Source: a virus (taxonomy: Duplodnaviria > Caudoviricetes). From it: a stretch of 41,427 nucleotides of DNA. Where the stretch lies: the IMG/VR virus record IMGVR_UViG_3300037313_000468, positions 1-41,427 of that record; one strand, 5' to 3'. The translations under genes and the position numbers were made by a program. Shown here piece by piece: positions 1 through 7,616 of this stretch. The notes below the pieces were generated by a model. The model had not been told where the DNA came from. It made no database searches and was given only the letters and a program-made list of their open reading frames with translations. The number at the start of each line of letters is the position of its first letter. Position 1 is the first letter of the stretch.

Positions 1-127
1 CGCGAACGTCTCCGGGTCGATCGTGTGGGACATCACGAAGCTCGGATAGCAGAAACCCCGCCCGCGTCGCGTTCGGGTGGCCCTGCCCCTCCGCTGCCAC
101 GAGGGGGGATGGGGCGCCGCGACGGGG
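1..127. repeat. Terminal 127-bp direct repeat, copy 1 (circular-assembly overlap)
   Basis: Bases 1-127 are identical to 41301-41427; the repeat includes the 3' end of the last tail gene. Confidence 0.95.
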
Positions 128-132
128 CGGGG
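56..132. terminator. GC-rich hairpin between convergent genes, probable terminator
   Basis: CCCCGCCC-G-CGTCGCG (56-71) pairs with CGCGACG-GGGCGGGG (118-132); it lies between the stop of the last tail gene (49) and the stop of the reverse ORF (146). Confidence 0.5.
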
Positions 133-145
133 CTGGCATCTGGGG

Positions 146-319
146 TCAGAGAGTCATCCACTCGTCGAACCGCAGGCCGCGCAGCGCGGCGGCGGGACGG
201 GACGAGCGGGCCAGACGCTCACGACGCTCGGCGCGCAGGACCGCGGGGGCGGCGTCGCCGGCGCTCTCGCACGCGGCGAAGAGGCGGGTGGCGATCATCT
301 GCTGGGTGTTGGCGTCCAT
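146..319 (-). CDS. Hypothetical protein (57 aa, MDANTQQMIATRLF...)
   Basis: AGGAG RBS just upstream of the ATG at 319; divergent from the HTH gene at 506. Confidence 0.65.
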   Translation of the reverse strand: MDANTQQMIATRLFAACESAGDAAPAVLRAERRERLARSSRPAAALRGLRFDEWMTL

Positions 320-423
320 CGTCTGCTCCTGGTCTGGCTGGTTCACGGGTCCCCCTGTCGGGCTGTTGCGTATAAGTGCGGGAGTTCGAGCCCCTGATAC
401 ACAAGCCCTGAAATCTGCTGGCT

Positions 424-489
424 CTAGTCTCACGACTAGTGGGCACGTGACTAGATTCCTCCGACCTCCCCCACTAGTCAAGGGACTAG
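424..489. promoter_or_regulatory. Two palindromic operators CTAGTC-N4-GACTAG plus a half-site
   Basis: CTAGTCtcacGACTAG at 424-439, CTAGTCaaggGACTAG at 474-489, half-site GACTAG at 449-454; -10-like TAATCT at 493-498 precedes the ATG at 506. Confidence 0.7.
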
Positions 490-505
490 CCCTAATCTGT
501 GACGC

Positions 506-691
506 ATGGGACAACTGATGGGTGCGCGCGAGATCGAGCTCATGCTCGGCGTCTCACGCCAGCGCGTCCAGCAGCTCGTCAAACACCGCGACTTCCCCCG
601 ACCCATGGACCGTCTCGCGATGGGCGCAGTGTGGCGCCGCCGAGACGTTGAGAAGTGGGCGCGAGCCACCGGCCGCATGTCCAACGAGTGA
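506..691 (+). CDS. AlpA/excisionase-like HTH DNA-binding protein
   Basis: GAREIELMLGVSRQRVQQL...DFPRP...GAVWRRRDVEKW matches the actinobacterial AlpA-like HTH pattern. Confidence 0.85.
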   Translation: MGQLMGAREIELMLGVSRQRVQQLVKHRDFPRPMDRLAMGAVWRRRDVEKWARATGRMSNE

Positions 692-837
692 CACACGAAG
701 ACCCACCCCCGACGCGCGCACGTCGAGGGTGGGCCGTAGGACCCATCCTCGCTGAGGGCACAGCAAAGATGGGCCGCTCCACTCAGAGGCGCTACGGGCG
801 CTTCTGATACATGCCCAACACAACAGCGAGGCGAGCC

Positions 838-1314
838 ATGCTGCAACCCGAAGAGCACCCCGTCGACCGCATCCTCCACCGCGTCAACGACATGACCGCC
901 CGCGCTCGCGTCTACCTGGCGATCGCAGCGGCCCGGCACCTGCTCATAGGATCAGTGGCCATCGCGATGCCCGGTTCGTTCTCCTCTGCGGCCTTCCTCC
1001 CCATCCTCCGCACGGCCCCGCTCTGGATGTGGGCCGCGCTCATGATCGGCGCCGGCTCGGCCTGTCTCGTGGCATCTGTCGCGAAGTCGGAACCGATGGC
1101 GCGGCTGGGCATGGCATGGTCCGCGACGATCACCGTCATCATCGGCGTCAGCCTCGTCATGGCGGCGCTGAACAGGACGGCCACGCCGGTGGGCCCCATC
1201 CTCTGGCTTGCCATCGCGCTCAAGGACTTCGTCGTCTGCGCCCAACCGATCCGCTCCCCATTTGAGGGGCTCACGGATCGGATGGCGAGGAAGGCCGGAG
1301 ACTCCGTCAACTGA
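838..1314 (+). CDS. Multi-pass membrane protein of the lysis cassette (holin-like)
   Basis: About 4 hydrophobic segments; upstream of the endolysin; start 838 is preferred over 811 because of an RBS. Confidence 0.75.
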   Translation: MLQPEEHPVDRILHRVNDMTARARVYLAIAAARHLLIGSVAIAMPGSFSSAAFLPILRTAPLWMWAALMIGAGSACLVASVAKSEPMARLGMAWSATITVIIGVSLVMAALNRTATPVGPILWLAIALKDFVVCAQPIRSPFEGLTDRMARKAGDSVN

Positions 1315-1333
1315 CCCACTCGGGAGGGCCACC

Positions 1334-1741
1334 GTGGAGAAGCTCGACTGGCAGGGGTGGTCCTCATTCATCCTCGCAATCACCGGACTGTTGGGCATCG
1401 TCTCAACGCATCTGCTGAACCGGCGCGGGAAGCGCGTCCAGGCGCAGCAACAGGAGGCGGCCGAGGATCTGGCCGAGCGCGCGCAGGGCTTCGACGAGAT
1501 GAAGGAGCTCGTCGACCGGCTCAACCACGAGATCGAGCGCATTGAAGCTCGAGCGGACCGTGAGGCGCAGGCCCAGGCCCGGCGCTGCCGGACGTCGCTC
1601 GATCACTTCATGGTCGCGTTCATCACTCTGATCGGTCAGGTCGGATCCGAGCAGGCCAAGCAGGCCGCCGAGAAGGCGATCACTGAGGTCGAGGTGCACC
1701 TCGCCGAGGACCACCCCGACGATCAGCCTGCGACTGACTGA
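1334..1741 (+). CDS. Single-TM coiled-coil membrane protein of the lysis cassette
   Basis: GGAGG RBS before GTG 1334; N-terminal hydrophobic helix followed by a charged coiled coil. Confidence 0.75.
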   Translation: MEKLDWQGWSSFILAITGLLGIVSTHLLNRRGKRVQAQQQEAAEDLAERAQGFDEMKELVDRLNHEIERIEARADREAQAQARRCRTSLDHFMVAFITLIGQVGSEQAKQAAEKAITEVEVHLAEDHPDDQPATD

Positions 1742-1766
1742 CCCCACCCACCTTCAGGAGGCCCGC

Positions 1767-2663
1767 ATGGGCGGTTCCACCCTGCCCACCGCGTCCACGC
1801 CCGGCTACGGCACCATGACCCGCAACGGCCGCACCTACGTCGGCTGCGACTGCGTCATCGCGTTCGTCGAGGCTGGCGAAGGGCTCGGGCTCGCCCGCGG
1901 CCTCATCAAGTACAACGTCGACATCGTCCAGCTGACCGGCACCGCTGCTGCGTCTGCTGGCACGCACGCCCAAGGCGGCGCGTTCGACGTCCGCCAGTAC
2001 TCGCGCGAATGGTCGCACCTGTGGCGAGAGATGGGCGCGGCCGGCTGGCCCCGCATCGGTGCCGACTGGGATGGCAACGAGCACTTCCATGGCGTCATCG
2101 ACTGCCCACACAACGCCCCCGCCGCCTACCAGATCCCCGCCTACTGGCGCGGCTACTCCGGGCTGGGTCAGGCCACGTCCAGCACCTACGCCGGCATGTG
2201 GGGCTACGGCTCCAAGGACCCTGACCCGTGGCGGCCCTCGACCCGGCGCACGTGGCGCGAGGGCATCGCATGGGCCAACGCGCAGACCGCAGCAATCACC
2301 GCCCAGGAGGACGACATGGCCATGACCCCCGCCGAGCGCGCCGCGCTCATCGACGACATCGCGACGAAGGTCTGGAACATCGAGGTTCCGAACCACGACG
2401 CTAACCGCGACGGCAAGCCGGACGGTGCGAGCCTCACCCGCTCGAACCTCGTCATGGCGAACTGGCGCGGCGGCCAATTGCAGGGCGCCGTGGCGACGCT
2501 CGCTGGGCAGGTCGCCGGGCTGGCGAAGGCGCTCGAGCAGATCTCTGGCGGTCAGGTCGACATCGCCGAGGTGCAGGCGGCGGCCAAGGCCGGCGCGCAG
2601 GCGGCGCTGGACGAGCGGATCTCCGATGCCGACGTCACGCTCAACGTCACCCCGTCGGCCTGA
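1767..2663 (+). CDS. Endolysin, peptidase M15-like zinc peptidase domain
   Basis: SAGTHAQGGAFD resembles the M15 HxxGxAxD motif, with a downstream His motif NEHFH; AGGAGG RBS; flanked by membrane and holin genes. Confidence 0.8.
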   Translation: MGGSTLPTASTPGYGTMTRNGRTYVGCDCVIAFVEAGEGLGLARGLIKYNVDIVQLTGTAAASAGTHAQGGAFDVRQYSREWSHLWREMGAAGWPRIGADWDGNEHFHGVIDCPHNAPAAYQIPAYWRGYSGLGQATSSTYAGMWGYGSKDPDPWRPSTRRTWREGIAWANAQTAAITAQEDDMAMTPAERAALIDDIATKVWNIEVPNHDANRDGKPDGASLTRSNLVMANWRGGQLQGAVATLAGQVAGLAKALEQISGGQVDIAEVQAAAKAGAQAALDERISDADVTLNVTPSA

Positions 2664-2691
2664 CCACCGCCCGCAGCTCGAGCGGGAGGCT

Positions 2692-2802
2692 GTGCGCCTG
2701 CTCGTCACCGGGGCGCTGCTGATCCTCGGCTGCGCCGCTCTCGGCGCGTGGGCTGCCGCGAAGACCGTCCTATTCCTGACGGTGCCGAGGGAGCGGACGT
2801 GA
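2692..2802 (+). CDS. Small membrane peptide (36 aa)
   Basis: GGGAGG RBS, GTG start, one hydrophobic helix, GTGA coupling to the next ORF. Confidence 0.5.
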   Translation: MRLLVTGALLILGCAALGAWAAAKTVLFLTVPRERT

Positions 2803-2951
2803 CCAGCCCCGAGCCGCCGACCTTCATCATCCCGACCCGACGGTGCTGGCAGTGGTGGGCACGGCGCCCGCACCGGCCGCACCTGCAAGGCAACCCACCG
2901 AAGACCCGACTCTGCCCCGGCATCCCCGCCCGAACTGAAGGAGCAGCATGA
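2799..2951 (+). CDS. Hypothetical protein (50 aa)
   Basis: 4-bp overlaps at both ends (GTGA, ATGA). Confidence 0.45.
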   Translation: MTSPEPPTFIIPTRRCWQWWARRPHRPHLQGNPPKTRLCPGIPARTEGAA

Positions 2952-3187
2952 ACATCGACCGACTGAAGCCCTACGGTAAGGCCATCGTCGCGTTCCTCGC
3001 GCCAGCCGCCGTGTCCCTCACGTCAGCCGTGCAGGACGCCTCCGCAGGTGGCGACGCGATCACCGCCGGCGAGTGGATCACCGCCGCGTGCGCCTGCTTC
3101 ATCACGGCCGGCGTCGTCTACGCCGTCCCGAACAAGGACCCGCAGGCCACGCACCAGGCCGAGTCCGTCCAGCCGCCCGCCGCGTGA
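2948..3187 (+). CDS. Holin
   Basis: Two hydrophobic helices with KAIVA...EWITA...VYAVPN, typical of small actinophage holins; GGAG RBS. Confidence 0.8.
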   Translation: MNIDRLKPYGKAIVAFLAPAAVSLTSAVQDASAGGDAITAGEWITAACACFITAGVVYAVPNKDPQATHQAESVQPPAA

Positions 3188-3294
3188 TCGCCCGACTGCT
3201 CGCCTACCTGCGCCGGCTACCCGCCACGCTCGCCCGCATGGGCGGCTACTGGGGCGGCGTCACGATGCGGTGGCGGAACAAGGACGATGCCTAA
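3184..3294 (+). CDS. Hypothetical basic peptide (36 aa)
   Basis: GTGA overlap with the holin stop. Confidence 0.4.
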   Translation: MIARLLAYLRRLPATLARMGGYWGGVTMRWRNKDDA

Positions 3295-3460
3295 GCAGAC
3301 CTGCGGCGCCAAGCTCACCCTGTACGGCGAGACGTACCGGTGCGACCGGCGCCGCGGCCACAGCAAGGAGTGGCATCGGGAACGCATGTACGGTGCCGAC
3401 GACCGCGGCCAGTACCAGACGGTCGTGCGATGGTCCCGCTGGAAAGACCGCCGCACCTGA
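3287..3460 (+). CDS. Hypothetical Cys/His protein (57 aa, MPKQTCGAKL...CDRRRGHSKEWH)
   Basis: AAGGA RBS; C...C...GH...H pattern common in small actinophage proteins; ends just before a terminator. Confidence 0.6.
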   Translation: MPKQTCGAKLTLYGETYRCDRRRGHSKEWHRERMYGADDRGQYQTVVRWSRWKDRRT

Positions 3461-3475
3461 GCCTCCTGCACGACT

Positions 3476-3510
3476 GAGCCCCGTCCTCTTCGGAGGGCGG
3501 GGCTCTTCGG
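3476..3510. terminator. Intrinsic terminator ending the lysis operon
   Basis: GAGCCCCGTCCTC-TTCG-GAGGGCGGGGCTC hairpin with a UUCG loop, between convergent genes. Confidence 0.8.
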
Positions 3511-3515
3511 CGTTG

Positions 3516-3749
3516 TCAGGCAGGCGGCGCGATCTTGGTGGTGAGCTTCACCTCACGGGTGCCGCTCCCGCCGTATTCATCGGTCACGACGACGCGGTAG
3601 GTCACGAAGTAGATCGGCTCCCCTGTCTTGGGGTCACGTGCGCCGTTGTCCTCGATGACGAAGCCTTGGTGTGCGACGCGTGACGGGTCAAGCCCGAGCA
3701 TCGCGGCGTATGCGACTGCCCGAGTATTCGGCGGCAACGTCGTTGGCAT
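3516..3749 (-). CDS. Hypothetical protein (77 aa)
   Basis: GAGG RBS; natural amino-acid composition; follows the 3751-3915 ORF. Confidence 0.7.
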   Translation of the reverse strand: MPTTLPPNTRAVAYAAMLGLDPSRVAHQGFVIEDNGARDPKTGEPIYFVTYRVVVTDEYGGSGTREVKLTTKIAPPA

Positions 3750-3750
3750 C

Positions 3751-3915
3751 TCAAGCCTCCTCGACGGTCTCGGGCCGGTCCCACACGAAGCCGGACGCCT
3801 CGACGGCCTCGCGGACCTTGGCCGGGTCGATGCCCTGGCCGAACGCCTCCACGAGGTTCGCGTGCAGGTCGCTGATCTGCTGGGTGGTGACTGGGGTTGG
3901 CTCTAGACTGCTCAC
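3751..3915 (-). CDS. Hypothetical protein (54 aa, MSSLEPTPVTTQQISDLHANL...)
   Basis: AGGAG RBS before GTG 3915; stop lies 1 nt before the next start. Confidence 0.65.
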   Translation of the reverse strand: MSSLEPTPVTTQQISDLHANLVEAFGQGIDPAKVREAVEASGFVWDRPETVEEA

Positions 3916-4072
3916 GTCGACTCCTAGTGTCGGCCACGCCCCCGGACGCCTGACCGCGTCGCGGGGGTCTTTCGTGTGCCCACGGTAGCACCGGGCGGGG
4001 ACGACGACAGGGAATCGGCCCGGATGGGCACACTAATGGGCACACCCAGCCCCACACTCACCCCGAACAGCG

Positions 4073-4111
4073 AACCGCCCCCCGCCTGTCTGTGCAGGTG
4101 GGGGGCGGTTT
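4073..4111 (-). terminator. Terminator downstream of the attP tRNA half
   Basis: AACCGCCCCCCGCCTG...CAGGTGGGGGGCGGTT hairpin directly 3' of the tRNA fragment on the minus strand. Confidence 0.7.
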
Positions 4112-4117
4112 CTGCGT

Positions 4118-4166
4118 TGCGCACCCGGAGGTATTCGAAACCCCAACCTTCTGATCCGTAGTCAGA
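4118..4166 (-). other. attP core: 3' half of tRNA-Arg(ACG), not a full tRNA gene
   Basis: Minus strand reads TCTGA-CTACGGA-TCAGA-AGGTT-GGGGT-TTCGAAT-ACCTC-CGGGTGC-G: anticodon arm (ACG), variable loop, T-arm and acceptor 3' strand; no D-arm or 5' acceptor strand. Confidence 0.9.
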
Positions 4167-4285
4167 CTTGTTGTATGCTCAGGGTAGCCGAATCCCCTTG
4201 ATTTGAGCACGAATTCGGGGTCTCGACTACCCTGTGTCTGGACCCAGAATGGGCACAGTAATGGGCACACTAGATCGGAGACGAT

Positions 4286-4552
4286 ATGACGCTGACCGAG
4301 TTCCTCCTGGCCCGCATTGCCGAGGATGAGGCTGAGATGGCCGAAGCTGTTCGACTTCGCCACCCCGGCCTGACTATTCGGCGCAGCCCGTCTCGCTTTG
4401 AGGCCGAGTGCGAGGCCAAGCGGCGCATCCTCGAGACGTGCGAGACGTACGAGTACGAGGTCACCAACGCATACGGCTACGACGACGTCCTGCGCGCCCT
4501 CGCCGCTGTCTACGCCGACCACCCCGACTACGACGAGGCGTGGCGTGCCTAA
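4286..4552 (+). CDS. DUF6221-like protein
   Basis: FLLARIAEDE...ECEAKRRIL...LAAVYADHPDYDEAW is the recognisable family pattern; GGAG RBS. Confidence 0.75.
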   Translation: MTLTEFLLARIAEDEAEMAEAVRLRHPGLTIRRSPSRFEAECEAKRRILETCETYEYEVTNAYGYDDVLRALAAVYADHPDYDEAWRA

Positions 4553-5783
4553 GCCTCGCGCCGCCTACGGCTCCGGCGCCAAGCCAGCCCAGCGCGCCGA
4601 CGGCCTCTGGGTCGCACGCATCGAAGCGGGCTGGACACCCAACGGGACACGGCGCCGCATCACCGTCAGCGCCAAGACGGAGGCCGAGTGCAAGCGCCGC
4701 CTCAAGGTCAAACAGCGCGAGCTCGCAGCCGGCGCGACCCACGGGCAGAACGTCCGCGCCACCGTCCACTCATGGTCCGGGGAGTGGCTCGCGGCCCACG
4801 CCAAGTCCGTCCGCCCCAAGGCGTACGCCACCGACGCCAGCGCCGTCCGCAAGTGGATCGTGCCCACCCTCGGCCAGCGACGCCTCAGCGACCTCACGCC
4901 CGCCGACGTCCGTGCCGTGCGAGCGGCCGTCGAGGCGGCCGGGCTGACGTCGACGACAGCGCTGCACAAGCACGGCGTGCTCATGCGGATGCTCAAGGCC
5001 GCCCGCGTCGAAGGCCACGACGTGCCCCTACGCGTGTTCGAGACGAAGCGGCCCGGCAAGGCCGTCAGCGACCGCGACGCCATCCCCACCGAGGACGCCC
5101 TGCTCATCCTGGCCGAAGCCATGCGCGACGGCGGCGGACAGCGATGGGTCGCCGCCTTCCTCCAAGGCATGCGGCAAGGAGAAGTCCTCGGCCTGACGTG
5201 GGACGCCGTCGACCTCGAGCGCGGCGTCATCGACGTGTCCTGGCAGCGACAGGACCTCCCCTACGTCGACAAGAAGGACCACTCGAAGGGCTTCCGGGTC
5301 CCCGACAGCTTCGAGGCCCGCCACCTGACCGGCGCCACCCACCTGACCCGTCCGAAGACCGCCCGCGGCCAGCGGCTCCTGCCGCTCGTGCCGTTCATGC
5401 ACGACGCCCTCATGCAGCTGCGCGACACGCGCCGGGCGAACGAGTGGGGCCTCGTGTTCACGGCGGAGGACACCCGCAAGGGCCACGAGCGCGTGATCCC
5501 CGTGCGCCCCGAACGCGACCGCAAGGAGTGGGAGGCGCTACAGGAGCGCGTCGGTGTCAGGCACCCGTCCGGGCGGCCCTACCTGATCCACGAGGTGCGG
5601 CATACGACGGCGACGCTACTGCTCGAGCTGAAGGTGCCCGATGCTGTCATTGAGGCCATCCTCGGCCACGCCGCGCTCGTCCGCGCCTATCTGCACGTCT
5701 CGACCGACCTGTCTCGGGCCGCGCTTGAGCAGGTCGCCGAGCGCCTGCACCTGACCCTGCCGCCCACCCAGATCGAATCCTAG
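4545..5783 (+). CDS. int: Tyrosine integrase
   Basis: Arm-binding N-terminus (RADGLWVARI...RRRITVSAKT); catalytic residues in GMRQGE, PKT, HEVRH, LGH and AYLH; adjacent to attP. Confidence 0.95.
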   Translation: MPKPRAAYGSGAKPAQRADGLWVARIEAGWTPNGTRRRITVSAKTEAECKRRLKVKQRELAAGATHGQNVRATVHSWSGEWLAAHAKSVRPKAYATDASAVRKWIVPTLGQRRLSDLTPADVRAVRAAVEAAGLTSTTALHKHGVLMRMLKAARVEGHDVPLRVFETKRPGKAVSDRDAIPTEDALLILAEAMRDGGGQRWVAAFLQGMRQGEVLGLTWDAVDLERGVIDVSWQRQDLPYVDKKDHSKGFRVPDSFEARHLTGATHLTRPKTARGQRLLPLVPFMHDALMQLRDTRRANEWGLVFTAEDTRKGHERVIPVRPERDRKEWEALQERVGVRHPSGRPYLIHEVRHTTATLLLELKVPDAVIEAILGHAALVRAYLHVSTDLSRAALEQVAERLHLTLPPTQIES

Positions 5784-6130
5784 TCGTGGCGGCGGCCTGC
5801 AGCCTGCTCCGCCATCAACACGAGCAGCTCCCGCGCCTCGGTCGGCAGAGCGCGCCACGCGTCGAGGAACCGCACCAGCAGCGGGTCGTGCTCGCGCCGG
5901 ACACGGCCGCCCTGCACGACCCGCAGGCACGTCCCAGGCGCCCAGCCAAGCGCGGCCTCGATCGCCGCCAGGGTTGCGTCGAGATAGTTCGACCGGTTCC
6001 CGTTCTCGATGTCGTCGATGACGCGCTCCGACACCCCCGACGCTCGGGCGAACGCCGCACGGGACCGCCAGTGCCGCCCCCGCTCCGATGCGATCTCACG
6101 CCCGAGCCGCTGCCACCCCACCTCTGCCAC
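5780..6130 (-). CDS. XRE-family HTH transcriptional regulator
   Basis: SRAAFARASGVSERVIDDIENGNR...TLAAIEAALGW. Confidence 0.85.
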   Translation of the reverse strand: MAEVGWQRLGREIASERGRHWRSRAAFARASGVSERVIDDIENGNRSNYLDATLAAIEAALGWAPGTCLRVVQGGRVRREHDPLLVRFLDAWRALPTEARELLVLMAEQAAGRRHD

Positions 6131-6228
6131 GTTGCGTCAGACTTCCCGGATTGCGAGGTGTGCGCACGTCCCAGTGATGCGGTGCGCCCAATCGATGGCA
6201 AACTCCCGCAAATGGGCGCAACGTCAGG

Positions 6229-6531
6229 TCAATGCTTAACGGCCCGGAGTGCGCGCCGCGCATCCAGTCGGGACAGGCCGTCCTCGCGCTCGGCCCGCAG
6301 CTCCCGCTCGAGCTCGAGGCGGCCGACAGCCTTGCCCGACTCGTAGAACTCGAGCGCCGGGGACATGAGGCGGCGGAACAGCCACCCCATCGTGCCGGTG
6401 CCGGCGACAAGCATCGACAGCCGCCCCCAATGGTCGGACACGTCCGGCCCGAAGGGGATCACGGCATAGATCTGGATGGCCCAGGCGGTGATGGTGGCGG
6501 TGTGTGAGGCGGTGCGGAGGATCTTTCGCAT
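6229..6531 (-). CDS. Two-TM membrane protein in the immunity region
   Basis: Two hydrophobic segments and a charged C-terminal tail; co-oriented with the repressor. Confidence 0.6.
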   Translation of the reverse strand: MRKILRTASHTATITAWAIQIYAVIPFGPDVSDHWGRLSMLVAGTGTMGWLFRRLMSPALEFYESGKAVGRLELERELRAEREDGLSRLDARRALRAVKH

Positions 6532-6679
6532 GGAGGCTTTCCCTGACTGCTCCGGGCTGGTCCCGGCCCGACCCAGCCGCGGCCCCGAGCGGCTTCAGGT
6601 CTGGCTGGTGTCTGTCCTGCGAACGTACGACGGGGTGCCGACACTTACCACCCAAATCAGGTAAAAAGCCTCGATCGTC

Positions 6680-7273
6680 TCACGCGTGGCGCGCGGGGCG
6701 CCCTTCACCCCCCGACTCGTTGCTCCGCAGCCGCTCCTCGGCGCGCATGAAGAGGTCCAGCAGAGGCACCCCGAGTGCCCGGCAGATCGAATCGAGTTGT
6801 ATCACGTCGGCTGTGCGCTTGCCGGTCAGGATCGCCTCGAGAGACCGCTTGGACACGCCCGACTTGCGGGAGAGCTCCTCGACCGTCATCTTCGCGATGG
6901 CGCGTTCAGCCCGGAGCTGGTCGGCCACGGCGATCGACAGCGGGCTCTGCTTCCTGGCGTTCAGCGAGTGTGGCTCCGCACCGCGAACCGCGAGCAGATC
7001 CTCCTCCTCGTCATGCAGCACGTGGTCAGTCCAGTCCGATCGGTCGTCGGCGACCAATGACCAGCTCGTCCCGTCAGGCCACTGAAGGGCGCGGTCAAGG
7101 TCAGTCAGTGACGCACGCATTCGCGGCGACGGCGCGCCGGACATGGTGCGCAGGTTCTGCACCCAGCGCGGAGAGGGTCCACCCTCCGACTGGATGACAG
7201 GCAAGGTAAGCCCGAGCGCCCGGCGTCGTTGCTCGACGAGGCGGTACAGCCGTTCCCACTGTGTCTCGCTCAC
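6680..7273 (-). CDS. Immunity repressor with two HTH-like domains
   Basis: C-terminal XRE HTH (QLRAERAIAKMTVEELSRKSGVSKRSLEAILTG...LDSICRALGV) and N-terminal HTH-like domain (RRRALGLTL...GGPSPRWV...LDRALQW); CATACT -10 box 6 nt before GTG 7273 suggests a leaderless mRNA. Confidence 0.8.
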   Translation of the reverse strand: MSETQWERLYRLVEQRRRALGLTLPVIQSEGGPSPRWVQNLRTMSGAPSPRMRASLTDLDRALQWPDGTSWSLVADDRSDWTDHVLHDEEEDLLAVRGAEPHSLNARKQSPLSIAVADQLRAERAIAKMTVEELSRKSGVSKRSLEAILTGKRTADVIQLDSICRALGVPLLDLFMRAEERLRSNESGGEGRPARHA

Positions 7274-7316
7274 GGCATGAGTATGCCCACCGCCGACGCT
7301 CCGCATGCCCTCTAGT

Positions 7317-7400
7317 GCGCAAGTTGAAGCCAAAAATACCTGCGCTTGTGAGATTTATGAGGTTTGGTACTGGACTTGCGCGAAACTTGCGCGTAAGTTT
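7317..7400. promoter_or_regulatory. Genetic switch region with repeated operator motif ACTTGCGC
   Basis: GCGCAAGT (reverse) at 7317-7324, ACCTGCGC at 7338-7345, ACTTGCGC at 7374-7381 and 7385-7392; near-palindrome AAACTT-GCGCGT-AAGTTT at 7383-7400; AT-rich divergent intergenic region. Confidence 0.65.
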
Positions 7401-7406
7401 CCCGTC

Positions 7407-7616
7407 ATGAACCAGTCCAATCCCATCCCAATCAGTGTGGATGTGGACGAAGCTGCTCGACTCACCTCACTCTCCCCCTTTCAGGTCCGAAACCTCATCA
7501 ACGACCGGACCATACCCGCCCGCAAGCAGGGTACCCGCGTGCTCGTCGACTATGCCGGCCTTCTGGCCTGGTTCGAGTCGCTGCCGCTCGCTGGCAAGGG
7601 AGAGCAGGCGTCATGA
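7407..7616 (+). CDS. HTH DNA-binding protein (Cro/excisionase-like)
   Basis: VDEAARLTSLSPFQVRNLINDRTIPARKQGTRVLV; first rightward early gene. Confidence 0.85.
   Translation: MNQSNPIPISVDVDEAARLTSLSPFQVRNLINDRTIPARKQGTRVLVDYAGLLAWFESLPLAGKGEQAS

Larger units (their letters stand above)
3974..4270. mobile_element. attP region with integrase arm-type repeats
   Basis: ATGGGCACA(C/G) at 4024-4033, 4036-4045, 4249-4258 and 4261-4270, plus a reverse near-copy at 3974-3983, flank a tRNA-like core upstream of a tyrosine integrase. Confidence 0.85.

Noticed and set aside
1-127. Biological terminal direct repeat
   Set aside because: The length equals a common assembler k-mer (127) and the repeat cuts through a tail gene; it is better explained as circular overlap.
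378-396. tRNA-like T-loop GGGAGTTCGAGCCCC or an SOS box
   Set aside because: The stem pairs poorly, there is no cloverleaf, and only half of TCGAAC-N4-GTTCGA is present.
4118-4190. Complete phage-encoded tRNA-Arg gene
   Set aside because: Only the anticodon arm to the 3' end is present; there is no D-arm or pairing 5' acceptor strand, so it is an attP core.
4024-4270. ATGGGCACAC repeats as a mini-CRISPR or iterons
   Set aside because: They are 10-bp units in pairs flanking the att core, which fits integrase arm-type sites.
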